In this document: piece by piece, positions 51,549 to 64,000 of the stretch
Position numbering within the stretch: the first letter of the stretch is position 1
Layout: the number at the start of each line of letters is the position of its first letter
Assembly (NCBI RefSeq): GCF_006345805.1
Contig: NC_042997.1
Coordinates: forward strand, 188,604,001-188,668,000
DNA length: 64,000 nucleotides
Reading direction: 5' to 3'
Source of the DNA: Octopus sinensis
Lineage: Eukaryota
Program-made: the position numbers and the translations under genes
Notes under the pieces: generated by a model
The model's input: the letters and a program-made list of their open reading frames with translations, nothing else
Databases searched by the model: none
What the model was told of the DNA's origin: nothing

Positions 51549-52018
51549 GTCTGCTCAAAATGATGATCTGACCTTTAGCAATGATAGCAAAAAGAAAACC
51601 AAGGAATGAATTCATACACTGCTATCAAGAATAATGAAAAGGATTGCACAGTAAAAACTAAACTATTTTAATACTGAATATGTTTTAAACACATCGATGT
51701 ATTTTTGAATATTGATATATATCTAATTAACTAGAAGCTAAGACATTAAAAATTCCAAAGGGGAGAATCTCTAACGGGTGTAGGCATAACTGCGTGACAT
51801 GGAAATTTGCTTTGTACCATATGGTTCTGGGCTCAATCCCATTGTTTACTCTGACTACTTAGAGAATGTTTTCTATCATAGCTTTGGTTCAGCTGACATA
51901 TTGTGAATGGAATTTAGGATTTTGGTTAATGGAAACCATGCAACAAGCTCGTTGTGTGTGGGGGGATGTTTCTTCCAGTGAACTAAATACTTTAGGTATT
52001 TAGTTTGGTACTCATTCT

Positions 52019-52251
52019 TATTTCTTTACTGCCCACAAGGGGCTACACACAGAGGGGACAAACAAGGACAGACAAATGGATTAAGTCGATTATATTGACC
52101 CCAGTGCGTAACTGGTACTTATTTAATCGACCCTGAAAGGATGAAAGGCAAAGTCGACCTTGGTGGAATTTGAACTCGGAACATAGCGACAGATGAAAAA
52201 CTGCTAAGCATTTCGCCCAGTGTGCTAACGTTTATGCCAGCTTTTCTGCCT
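52019..52251 (-). mobile_element. Family B SINE
   Basis: Colinear with 47434-47666; TSD AGTTTGGTACTCATTCT (52002-52018, 52266-52282). Confidence 0.9.
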
Positions 52252-54056
52252 CATTTGATAGAATGAGTTTGGTACTCATTCTATCAAACCCTATTGAATG
52301 GTAATGTGTTGAGCTATGTCCCTTTTAAAGAATAATCTTCCCTAGTGAACAAAATACCACAATGCATTTAAAGATATTGACAAAATGAGTATCGGAATAA
52401 TGTGTAGGGTCACTAATCTAAACCTTTGAAGCAGGAAGGAGCCCTAGACTGAAACCAGTAATGGAAAAAGTAAAACTATTTTGCCTTAGAAATGATACTG
52501 GATGAAACAATGAAGGAACTGTCACTTCACAAACACACACACACACATCTATACATACATGTGTGTTTGAAAGAGGAGGGGAAGAGAGGAGAAAAGAAAT
52601 CTAACTTGTCTCATATAAGTATAATATACAAAAATCAGAGTTTCTCATCTATCTGCTGTGTACATAATATTGGATTCATAAGTTTAAAAACAAAATATAC
52701 CCTGCTATGACAGATATGTTATTGTATCCGTGAGTAAAGGCAAATGTTTTTTCATCAGCTATCTCTACACCACAGATCTGCTTGACCAAAGTTGATTGTG
52801 TCCTCACAACACCAATAGCCATACAGTTGACAATTACTACTGTATGTAGATAGGGATGAGGGGTGAAACAAATACAGTTAATCAGATGTATAAACTTCTG
52901 TTAGTACACTCAAAGTCAACATAAAAATAATAATAAACTAAGAAATATGAAAAAAAATTTATTAGAAGTATAAATCTGTAAACAACAGATAAACTAACTT
53001 TGATACTACTTATAAAAAGTACAGAGAACTTACTGTAGTATGTAGGTTAGCTATAAAGAATATTTGTGTTATCTAAGAGCCATGTATAAGCAAAAGTTTA
53101 GGTATAAATAAACAAATATTCATTAAATGACATAGTAATAGTTTGTGGTAGTTGTTTAAAGAGAAACTAGCCTGTGTTCGTATTCAGCCAGAATAGAAAT
53201 CAAATTCCTCTCTCTCTCACTCTCTTTCTCTCTCTCTCTCTCACTCACTCACTCACTCACTCACTCACTCACTGAGGCATTTATGTGTACAAAGTCGGCA
53301 AACTGGCAAAGTTGTTAAGATAGAATAGCTTGTGGTAATTCGTTCCAGAGCTTTCTGCATTTCAAATCCTGCAGAAGTCAACTCCTGCTTTTCATCCTTT
53401 CAAAGACAAGACAGGACCAGTATGGAGTGGTGGTCGGCAGAATCATTTGAGCATTACCTCATGGCTGAATTGCTAGAAATATGCCCTGTGCTCCTTATTT
53501 TTGTTCTGAGTTCAAATTCCACTGTTACCACAAGCCCCCTCCTTACAGGAATGGAACCTTCAGGACCTGGCTAATGGTTATAGGCCTCCTGTGTCAGATA
53601 TATGTGTACAAACAAGAAAACTGAAAAAAGGAAGCACTCAATACACTCTGTAGAGTTTATAAGTGTACTTAAACATAATGATTTGCTATTGCGTTACTAT
53701 ACTTGTCTATACTGCAGTGCCCTTTATTTGTCGAGACAATATCACTTCCATCATCAAACAGCTACACAGCCCTCACCACGACAGCCACCTTGTTGAAATT
53801 AATCCACTTGTTTACGCAAGAGAACTTGCCTTTCCACAGAGTTGATGTACTGGGCATCAATTATACCATCTGGCTCTATCCAGAGGAACAAGGACAAGGG
53901 AGTTCCTACTAAGAACTTCAAGGGTCATTACAATCAAGGACTACATTCTTTTAGATCTAGAGTCAGAGAAAAATCCAACTTTCCTATCCTGATTCATATG
54001 GAAACTCAAAGACCAAAGATACTATTACTCTACTATAACTTGGAATATTGTTGATG

Positions 54057-54502
54057 TAGGCATAGGAGTGGCTGTGTGGTAAGTAGCTTGCTTATGAACC
54101 ACATGGTTTTGGGTTCAGTCCCACTGCATGGCACCTCGGGCAAGTGTCTTCTACTATAGCCTCGGGCCGACCAAAGTCTTGTGAGTGGATTTGGTAGACA
54201 GAAACTGAAAGAAGCCTGTCATATATATGTGTATATATGTGTGTATATATATATGTGTGTGTGTGTATGTATGTATATGTTTGTGTGTCTGTGTTTGCCC
54301 CACCCCCCTCAACATCGCTTGACAACCGATTCTGGTGTGTTTACGTCCCTGTAACTTAGCGGTTTGGCAAAGAGACCGATAGAATAAGTACTAGGCTTAC
54401 AAAGAATAAGTCCTGGGGTCGATTTGCTCGACTAAAGGCAGTGTTCTTGCATAGCCACAGTCAAATGACTGAAACAAGTAAAAGAGTAAAGAGTAAAAGA
54501 GT
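54057..54502 (+). mobile_element. Family A tRNA-headed SINE, full length
   Basis: TGGCTGTGTGG A box, GGTTCAGTCCC B box, CORE-like GGCACCTCGGGCAAGTGTCTT, (TA/TG)n spacer, (GAGTAAAA)n tail. Confidence 0.92.
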
Positions 54503-56399
54503 AGAGCCACCCAATATTTCAAAGGATCACTTAAACTATAAATTTTGCCAATCTGAAAAGTTTCAGGTACTCAAACATCCCACAATATCTCTCAAAGAAA
54601 ATCTGAGGTTGTTATTTCCAGATGAAGCCAAGTGACACAAATTCAAAAAATTCTAATTACAAGCTACATGGAACAGCCCCACTTGTTAATGAATATACAT
54701 TTTGGTCTGAAAGCCTCCTTTTAACAATTTAGTAGTCTGCATTGAAGATCTGCAACATTTTTCTTAAGATCTGCATTAACGAATAGGAACCAATCTCATT
54801 AACAACTGTGACTGGTGGCTACATCTGCCTTCATGAAACACATCTGAATGATCAGACATATTTTACATGTGAAACCTTAAGTAATGCTGTAATGAATTAC
54901 TGATTCTCTCTCTCTCTCTTTATATACATGCATAGGGTTAGGCAGACTTAAGATGAAAAAGTCTGATAAAGAAACAATTTTGTTATTCAAGAGAAATATA
55001 TGTAAATGTCTTCTTTTCTATACCAAGCTTCTTTCTAGTACAGCAGAAGTTAGAGAGATATCTCTTGTATTCATAACCAAACAACCAACCTTTAGGCCTT
55101 TTCATCCTGTTATTACTAAGAACAAGATATGATATCATACATATGGGAAAAAAAAAGTTGTCAGGCAGCATTTTCATTCTAACTAGGTTTCTTTTTTCTT
55201 TTCTTTTTCAAAAATTTGTAATGTTTTATAACAAGATAATGCCACAGTTTACGTACATGTTTCTTTAAACCAATTGGGTCACTAGTGCAATTTTTGTAGG
55301 TGTATATTGTAACATACAGTAATTTAGCATATTTCGTGATGGGTGTAAAGGAAAACAGAATATTAACTCCACATGCCAAATAATATTGAGGAAAAGAAAC
55401 TCTAAAATTCTTATGAGACTTATAGAAATTGTCATAAGAAAATATAGATTCTTAAGTCTTTATCTTTCAACTAAGAGTAATCACAAGAAATAATTATAGC
55501 TAACTTGATAATTTGAAAAAAGATTTTCAAAGTAACTTTGTTCCAGTGTTCAGTAATTTATTTTCTTTTTCTTAGAAACATTTTGACTACCTATACATAA
55601 ATGCAAGTGGAGTACATTTAAGAAGAAAATGATGATTTTTGCACCTTATGTACATACATATCTCAGGTTTCCTTTCTCACACACACACACACAAGAAAGC
55701 CAGGTGTTATTTTCAGTTAGCTGCACAACCTACAGTTGAGAGACACAAACGGAAGAAAATTCTGATTGTGAGCTGCATAGACAAGCCTCACTTATTAATG
55801 AAATTACATTTTAGCTGGGTAGAATCTCTTATAACGTAGTAGTTGGGACTTAGAATCAAATAAATGAAGGAAATGTGGATTCCATAAAGTATAGAACAAG
55901 AAACCTTCCCATGAGAACAGTAACTCTAAATAAAACCTGATACATGATAGAAGGTAATCTTTAGTCCTGAAATCAATAAATTATCTAATGCCAATAGCAA
56001 AATAAAATGTGCCCAAACCTTACTGCAAAATGCATAGCGATAGGAATGGGATCACAATAGGTAAGATACCGTAAGACCTGTCCAGCTCAGGCTTGCATTG
56101 AAAAATAGACATAAAATGATAATGGCAATGATGATATCAATTGGAGGTGGTGGTGGGAGGGGATGTTTCTCAATACTGAGTTTACACTTGGGAAGTTCCA
56201 GTTGCTTGCCCTTGCATGCAAATCTCCCTTCACACCACTAATGTTGTTCAAGGGAAACGCAAGAGCCCTGTACAGCTTGGTACAAGTTCTGTTGTAGGTA
56301 GTGACATCAGAATAGAAAGATCTGGAACAGAAACTGCAAGGCAGCCCATGCAACAGTCTAATGATTCTGTCAATTCACTGCCCTGGACTAACATGTGTG

Positions 56400-56737
56400 T
56401 TGAGACCCCTTTCGGTCATGACTGATCATGGGATTGTACCTAGAAATTTACCCTCTCAGGCACAAGTCTGGGCAAGGTTGTTTATGGAAGACCAGCAGTC
56501 GCCCATGCATACCGGCCTCCCCTCTCCACATCACCAGTTTTATCCAAAGGAAAGGCAAAGGCCAATGCAGCTTGGCACCTGTGATGCCGCAACTCATTTC
56601 TACAGCTGAGTGAACTGGAGCAACGTGAAATAAAGAGTCTTGCTCAAGAACACAACACGCAGCCTGGTCTGGGATTCGAACTCACAACCTCACGACCATA
56701 AGCTCGATGCTCTAACCACTGAGCCATGCGCCTTCAC
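56400..56737 (-). mobile_element. Family D SINE, full length
   Basis: TGGCTCAGTGG A box, GTTCGAATCC B box; TSD AACATGTGTG (56390-56399, 56738-56747); an older copy of the same tail lies at about 56160-56390. Confidence 0.92.
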
Positions 56738-56749
56738 AACATGTGTGCA

Positions 56750-56791
<42 letters not shown>

Positions 56792-56879
56792 ATATACCAA
56801 CATATAAGCATATATACAACATGTGTGTATGCATATGGCATATATACCAACATATAAGCATATATTCAACATGTGTGTA

Positions 56880-56929
<50 letters not shown>

Positions 56930-56948
56930 ATATACCAACATATAAGCC
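56738..56948. repeat. Tandem repeat, about 3 units with variable (AT)n
   Basis: AACATGTGTGTATGC(AT)nGGCATATATACCAACATATAAGC repeated. Confidence 0.85.
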
Positions 56949-57241
56949 AATTCCCAAATTTTCCTAGATTACGTTTTGGGTCATAGTCAACATACAAGAC
57001 CCTTCTTCTCTACAAAATAAATAAATAAGTTTACAGTTGTGTTTTCATTGAATGTCACCAAAAAATGGTTAGGAGATATAGTGAATTAATTACTGCAATA
57101 TACAATACATTGTCTGTCACTATCATCATCATTTAATGTCTGTCTTCCATGCTGGCAAGACAGAGGACTGTGCCAAGCTCTAATGTCAGCTTTAGCTTGG
57201 TTTCTATGGCTGAATGCTCTTGTTTGTTTGTTTGTGCGTGC

Positions 57242-57642
57242 GTAGGAGTGGCTGTGTGGTAAGTAGCTTGCTTATGAACCACATGGTTCCGGGTTCAGTC
57301 CCAATGCGTGGCACCTTGGGCAAGTGTCATCTACAATAGCCTCGGGCCGACCAAAGCCTTGTGAGTGGATTTGGTAGATGGAAACTGAAAGAAGCCCGTC
57401 ATATATATGTATATATGTGTGTGTATTTGTTTATGTGTCTGTGTTTGTCTCCCCAACATCGCTTGACAACCGATGCTGGTGTGTTTATGTCCCTGTAACT
57501 TAGTGGTTTGGCAAAAGACACCGATAGAATAATTACTAGGCTTACAAAGAATAAGTCCTGGGGTCGATTTGCTCGACTAAGGGCGGTGCTCCAGCATGGT
57601 CACAGTCAAATGACTGACACAAGTAAAAGAGTAAAAGAGTAA
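57242..57642 (+). mobile_element. Family A SINE, full length
   Basis: Closely matches 54057-54502. Confidence 0.92.
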
Positions 57643-58024
57643 GTGTGTGTTGTGTGCACGGGCGTGCGCATGCATGCATAAGCACATATGTGTAAATATG
57701 TATTCGTTCTTTAAAATAAAGTTGGATATATTTTTAATAGGGGAGGATTTGAAGAAAACTTGAACAATAACACAGTAGAATAATTTAGAAACATTTGTAC
57801 TTTCCATGAATCTTTATCTTAAGTGTTTATATTGAAAAGACAAGCCGTAACACGTTGCAATTAAAGTCAAATTAAATAAATCATCAAATGACAACTTTTA
57901 ATGCCATTCAGACATGAAGCATTAGAAAGTTTGAATAGGAACACAATCATAATGACTTGATTCAGTGCTACTGAAGATAGAAGCCTTGTTTTGGAAAATT
58001 TTATCAACCTGGAGTTCAAAATAT

Positions 58025-58154
58025 ACTGCTGCTGCTACGACTACTATGACTACTACTACTACTACTGCTACTGCTACTGCTGCTATTACTATTACTACTG
58101 CTGCTGCAGCTACTAATACCACCACCACTACTACTAATAATAATAATAATAATG

Positions 58155-58187
<33 letters not shown>

Positions 58188-58203
58188 TAATAATATACTA
58201 CTA
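58025..58203. repeat. Compound trinucleotide microsatellite (GCT/ACT/AAT)
   Basis: Read directly. Confidence 0.9.
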
Positions 58204-59233
58204 CTTGTCATTGGTTACTATTTATTTATTTATTTTATTTATTTCTATTCAGAAATAAATATGCCAACTGAGTACTAATCGCTTAACAGTTTAAAACTAC
58301 TATTTTTACTGAATGAATAACCCCACCAACACTTCCAAGAGGATTTATGATAATGACAGACTGAATATCTTGATCTGTCAAGGAAGAAAAAAAATGAGGG
58401 AAGAAACAAAACTACAGCTTATAAGAAAAGTACAAGGAACACAATGAGAACAATGTAGCCACAAAATAGGCTACAAAATAAAATGAAAAGATGAAAGGAC
58501 AAAATGAAAACTTTGGGGCTTAATTGAGGAAAAAACGAAAATAAAATTTAGTAAATATTAAACAATAAACTACATACAGACAGACATGGATGAATGAATA
58601 GACACACAGGATAGGCAAATGAGAGATTTTGAATCAATTTTGCTGGCTTTAGTGAAGGTATTAAATAAATATGAGTGAGGAAGAAGCAAATTAGTGTAAA
58701 GAGGTGAGAAAAATATAAGTTATTTTCCTTCATTGAAGATGTTATGACAACCCTTGCACACAGAAATAAATTTTTACTATTTCAGCTGTAGATTAAATGT
58801 AAAAGTGTAAAAACAATGAAAAAGAAGATGACAAAGAAATATGAAAATTATTTATCAACATTTATGATATGTAAGTCTCACTGGCCATTAATCCTATTTC
58901 TCCTCTAAAAATATAGCTGGAGTTGGTAGAAATAGACTAATTGCCTTACATCATTGAATGTCATTGCACTACATTCTGAGTTCAAATCTTGCTGAGAGTG
59001 ACAACTTTCATTCCTATGGAGAAAGGACCGATAAAATAAGTAGCAGTCATACACTTAAGATTGATTTTAAAAATTTGCTTTGCAAACTACACATGGTTTG
59101 AGTGTTTGGACCACTGTGCAACACTCTGGACAGCTGTATTCTTCCACAGCTGCAAGTGGACAAAGGCTTGTTAATGAACTCTGAAACTGCATAGCAGCCT
59201 ATCAGAGAGATCATTCTTGTTTTGGATATAGAC

Positions 59234-59458
59234 TTAACTCTTTAATATTCAGATTACCCAGCCAACTGTAATGCTTATTTATTTATATTATTTTGAATTT
59301 ATAATGCTTGTCTCATAGCTTTGAAATTTTGGTGATATCTCTATTTATTTTTAGAATGATAGTGTAGGGTCAGTGTGAGAAACCAGATCTGGTCAGTTTG
59401 ATACAAACAGGTACAATATTTGGACTAGATATGCTCAGTTTAAATGCTAATGGGTTAA
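59234..59458 (+). mobile_element. piggyBac-like MITE
   Basis: TTAA-CTCTTTAATATT .. AATGCTAATGGG-TTAA; body matches 51321-51548. Confidence 0.85.
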
Positions 59459-60752
59459 GCGATTGCCTAGTTTAACATCACCACCAGGCCTTTGGGTGTC
59501 TATTACAAAGTCTACTTGCAAACAGCTGAGCTTTATTCCAGTCTAAGGATAATTTGCTTCAACCAGTCTCAGAGGTCTTGTAAAGAGTCATGGGCAATGC
59601 TCTTTCTTCCTCTGACTAAACCATGACAAAAAAGAAAACCTGTTTGAAATTAAACAAGGTAAGATTGTAGAAGGAAAAAACTTTGAAAATTCTTATTTAC
59701 ATCTATTCAAGCATTTTAATATTTGACAAAGAATGCGACTAAAATATTTTTTTATATATGATGTTCTCATAAACATCACAGAAAATAAGCTTTCAATAAA
59801 ATGCAAGCAAAGATTTCAAAAATATATATTTAAAAAGCAACCACAAAAATACAAATATAAATGAATCTGTATTTAAAAAAACAAGTTTGATGAAGTTATT
59901 CTAGCAAATGTAATTTTACTATGATATACAATATATGGGTAAAGAAATTCTTTTTTATTTTTATTTTATTTTATTTTTTTTCAAATCTATTCAGTGCAAA
60001 AAAATCAAGTAGGTAGATTGCAAAATTAGACTAATGTCTGAAAACCAGTGGTCAAATATTAAACCAGTTAACTTAGTTTGTTGACTGCATCTAACAAGCC
60101 AGATATCAAATTATTAATAATCTGAACACTTTCTGAGTTATCTACAAAATCCGCAATAACTAGTTTCCATACTTCTTTCTTTCTTTCTTTCATTCCTTGA
60201 GTGGCTCTGCTTTCAATGATTACCATAATATTGCAGCCTACTAAAATATATGCATATACAAAATATATGCTTCAATCATGAATTTTCATAACTTTTTTCT
60301 ATTTGTAAAAACCTCTGCCAACTGATCAAAGCAGGTTTAAGAAAACTATGCTTTGTAGATGAGGACAACAAAACAAAAACACACACACAAAAAAATATGA
60401 AATATGTTCATAGCTGTTAACTTGCTTGCTAACAAAGAACATATTCTCCCCTAAGCATGAAAATTCAATTTCGTGTTAAATTAATTGTTAGTTTCTTCAA
60501 ATTATCTCCCCTTTTCTTTGTGCCCATCATTCAGTACGTCACCATCTGTCTGAATTAATTTAATAGCAGCTGAATTTGAAGAAAACATAATCCCAGAGCT
60601 GCATTAACAAATAAATGCAAACAACAGCATAAGCAGATAACTGTCTTTGAAAGAGCAAGCTAATCTGCAAAATCTATTTATTCACTCAAGAACCATATTG
60701 GGTGCAAGGATGAAAAACACTTTCTTCACTTAAAAGGAAAGAGGATAGACAG

Positions 60753-60813
<61 letters not shown>

Positions 60814-61595
60814 GCCCACAAAATTCCTGCTTTTCTCACCCTTAAAAAGTAAATATTCCACACCACTCTAAATCCATTCATGATGTGTCCATAGATTTTT
60901 GCTCTCCTAATGTTGGTGCTATTATCAATATTTCAGCTGAAATTGCCATACAGCATTTATCCATTAGCATTTTATCATTCTTTTATTTTGTCTTACATCT
61001 TTTACAATACTTGGTACAACTTCCCTAGGACTTCAGTAGACTGAAAGTTTATGCCAGCTTTGTTTTCAATATCAAACAAGTATCAATCGCTTTTAATAAC
61101 TCTGGCTAGGGTTTTTTTTATGTCCATTGGCTTCTCTTAGTCTTCTTTACAGGTGATAATCTTGGCAAAATAATCTTGTTATCAAAAATATAACAATTTT
61201 ATACAAACACTAGATGGAAAGGCTGAAGGGCTGAAGTTGAAAGTTACATGTTAAGTTAATGTGGATTCTTTGTCATGAAAACAAGTTTGAGCTAGACAAC
61301 AACAGCACCACCGCTAACACCTCAATTCTGCATGTTTCGCACACTGGCATGACTTAAAGGGTTTGCCATGCTCCATCCCATCTTACATGTAACGTGTGCA
61401 CACACGCATACACACACACACACAAAGCAACAGAGAAAATAAATCAGCTTTGGTGTTATGGGACTTGGTGTATTTTGTTGTGCTCCTGAGACACAAGAGA
61501 GATTGTCCAAGAGAGGAGGATTACAGACTCCTCTTTATCCTGTATCAATACTAATGCAAAATTAGTGCCCTCTTAAGCTGGTTCTTACTTGGAGT

Positions 61596-61669
61596 GGCTG
61601 CTCTCCGAGACAGGCTACTCTCTGAGACAGGCTGCTCTCCGAGACAGGCTACGTTCTGAGACAGGCTGC
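61596..61669. repeat. 17-bp minisatellite, about 4.3 copies
   Basis: GGCTGCTCTCCGAGACA alternating with GGCTACTCTCTGAGACA-type units. Confidence 0.9.
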
Positions 61670-62101
61670 CTGCACTGCAATATACAATGTCTGTCTCCAC
61701 CACTTTTTGGCATAATTTTTCAGTCAGTTGCCCTTATTTGGAATCTCTACTACTCTAGGTGGACTATGGTCTGTTCAAGAGTTCTCAAAAGCAGAGCATA
61801 AGGTTGTTAAACTATGTAAGTAGACGGAGAGATAGTACAGTGGTACTTTTTGAGTTAAGCATGAAGCTATCTCCATGATATATGTTGGGATGGGTAGTTA
61901 ACAGGACAATTTACTGCTCTAGAAAAAAAGAAGAGTGTCATACAAAGGAAACTTACTGTCCCAAACAGTGGCTAGGTGGGTATTATATAGCTGTCAGGCT
62001 ATAGAAGTAAAATTAGTTCTTCATTTTTACCCAAGGATACGAAGATCACTAGCAGCAGCTAGACAAAGTGTTAAATACAGCTAAGTATATACAGGGAGGG
62101 T

Positions 62102-62409
62102 TTGTTTGTTTGTTCCTTCTCGAGCCATGCCTGGCTCATAAGGGCCGGTTTTCCGGTTTCTTGGCGTATAGGTTCCCCACCTGGACGGGACGCCGGTCCA
62201 TCACAGGTGAGCTGCAAGATGCAGAAGGAAAGAGTGAGAGAAAGTTGTGGTGAAAGAGTCAGCAGAAGTTCGCCATTACCTTCTGCCGGAGCAGCATGGG
62301 GCTTAGGTGTTTTCGCTCATAAACACACACATCACCCGGTCTGAGATTCGAACCCGCGATCCCTCGACCGCGAGTCCGCTGCTCTAACCACTAGGCCATG
62401 TGCATCCAC
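62102..62409 (-). mobile_element. Family D-related tRNA-headed SINE, young, distinct tail
   Basis: TGGCCTAGTGG A box, GGTTCGAATCT B box, (CAAA)n tail; TSD ACAGGGAGGGT (62091-62101, 62410-62420). Confidence 0.92.
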
Positions 62410-64000
62410 ACAGGGAGGGTGCTAGGCAGCAGTGGTCTGAAGTTGACTTCATGATTTGGTGAGCTTTCTTACCATGGTCATCCAACTTCATAAGGGCATC
62501 TTTACAATGGCTGGAAGGTCATATACAATGACACAGTTAGGTGTTTGTCTACTGAGGAACTAAAAGTAGAAGTCTATGACCACTGGGTTCAAAAGTTCTA
62601 TTATAGAGGCAGTTAGGAGTGATGTTATAGAGATAGACTAAAAATGAGACTGTCTCAATGGTGCTATATAGTTTAGCTACCAAGGAAGTATATGCTGATA
62701 AGCATTATAGAAATTGGTGGTGAGAATAAGTATACTGCCAAGGAAAGAAAGAAAGCCTTGGGTCCTGTAACATATGAACTAAAAATATTTGTCAATGCCA
62801 TGGACATGGATAAACTTTCTACAAATATTTGAATTGTTAAAAAAGAAAGCACATGTTCATCAGTCTTGTAACAGATGAATTAAAATTATTTGCTGATGTC
62901 ACTGAACTTAATTTTTTTGTTTCCTTATTTTATACTTTGTCACTATCTTTAATCCTAATATTCTAACACACTTTGGGGGGTTCATAGTAGAATTAAGCAC
63001 TTTTACCACCTTACTAAGCCAGAGAGGGACATACTCTTTATAATCAACTTCTGCCTGACTAGAAAGTATATTGTACATTTTGCTATGCAGAATACAACTG
63101 TGATACACACACACACACACACACACACAATCAAACACCAGTTGTTAAAATGTGGCAAAAAAAAATCATGAACTGATATGAAATTTGATGATAGTAGTTT
63201 TAACCAGTTTCTTAAAGAAATAGAACTTAAAAAATCAACTGATTCATTTCATGTCTTATTTCAACTTAAAAACTGCTAATTTCATCAGGATCTCTAAGAA
63301 AATTCCCTGCCATTTTGCAAAAGGAGTGCATAAATGGATAATTATCTTGCCACCTTATCTTTTTCCAGTTGTCACTTCCCTATTAATTTCATCGAATTCA
63401 TTATGTTTATTTTTTTCGATTTCAACATTTTCCATCGTATTATATAACTCAACTGAGACTTTATTGTCACTAGATTTAATAGCAGATAACAGGTTTTGTT
63501 CAGATGCAGTGATGATACAAGTTAATTGATTATTGTAAACATCCAGAATCACTTTAGTTTTGTGGAAGAAAGGATGAGAAGAGATATAAACAATTGGCAT
63601 GGCAAACATTGATTAGCTAGATACTAAAATTAAGCAGCATGAAATAGTTAGAAAAATTCATTTTAAGTGTCATGTTGTCAGTGTCAGCTGAACTACAAAC
63701 CAGAGCGTGTTTATCAGGTTAGAGCAGTATTACACAATAAGAAAAATGTTAGCTAATGAAGGCAGCCTATAATAATAAAAAAAAACGGATTGTGAATGTG
63801 AGACAAGTGAGTTGTGGGGAGGAGACAGTTAGTTATGCATGAACAAGGATGTTTGTGAAGTGGGGGAGGGGTCAATAAATAATAAAAGAATTATGACATG
63901 TTATGATGTAAATCATTTGAATATCAACAAAGAAATGTGAGGTTCAGTATACTACAGAATGAATCAAAATCTAGCAAGCTAAAAAAACAAAGAAGAATGA

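Larger units (their letters stand above)
61440..63600 (-). pseudogene. Heavily decayed LINE (APE endonuclease through start of RT), split by a SINE
   Basis: Minus strand ISL/ETW-like, YYEPP (YRPP), ILILTTN (LDLILT), SGH (SDH) and TPSPITPKL (PGPDGI-like) in LINE ORF2 order; many stops. Confidence 0.4.

Noticed and set aside
56660-56737. tRNA gene (strong A and B boxes)
   Set aside because: No acceptor-stem closure; it continues into a SINE body with a TSD. The same holds for 62335-62409 and 32846-32910.
57922-58010. Possible terminal exon after TTTTGAACTCCAG on the minus strand
   Set aside because: No recognisable peptide and no partner exons; the acceptor-like word could be chance.
60880-61200. 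Possible Penelope 3' end (RLREA.. and CAGCTGAAATATTG, minus strand)
   Set aside because: No CUGANGA core recoverable and the protein motif is too short.

Overview
AT-rich, microsatellite-dense eukaryotic non-coding DNA, most likely intronic or intergenic. The SINE repertoire points to an octopus (coleoid cephalopod) genome; that assignment is from recall, not a search. I can support no intact host protein-coding exon: the ORF track is explained by microsatellites, SINEs and decayed transposon ORFs. The window holds three tRNA-headed SINE families with interchangeable tails (my labels A, B, D), a (CAT)n-tailed family without a tRNA head (C), relics of RTE and CR1/L2-type LINEs, a Penelope-like GIY-YIG relic, and several MITE families (piggyBac-like TTAA, Tigger-like TA, and a GG-terminal 8-bp-TSD element carrying TTAGGG repeats). 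The most interesting signal is a set of non-coding Penelope-like elements with minimal hammerhead ribozyme motifs. One family couples a Pol III tRNA-like head to a hammerhead tail and sits as a divergent inverted dimer (32476-33161; best-preserved core at 2858-2903). A second, unrelated family has a U3-A8 covariant hammerhead core inside an inverted, TSD-flanked insertion (49703-49976). All alignments and folds were done by eye, and the boundaries of old elements are approximate.
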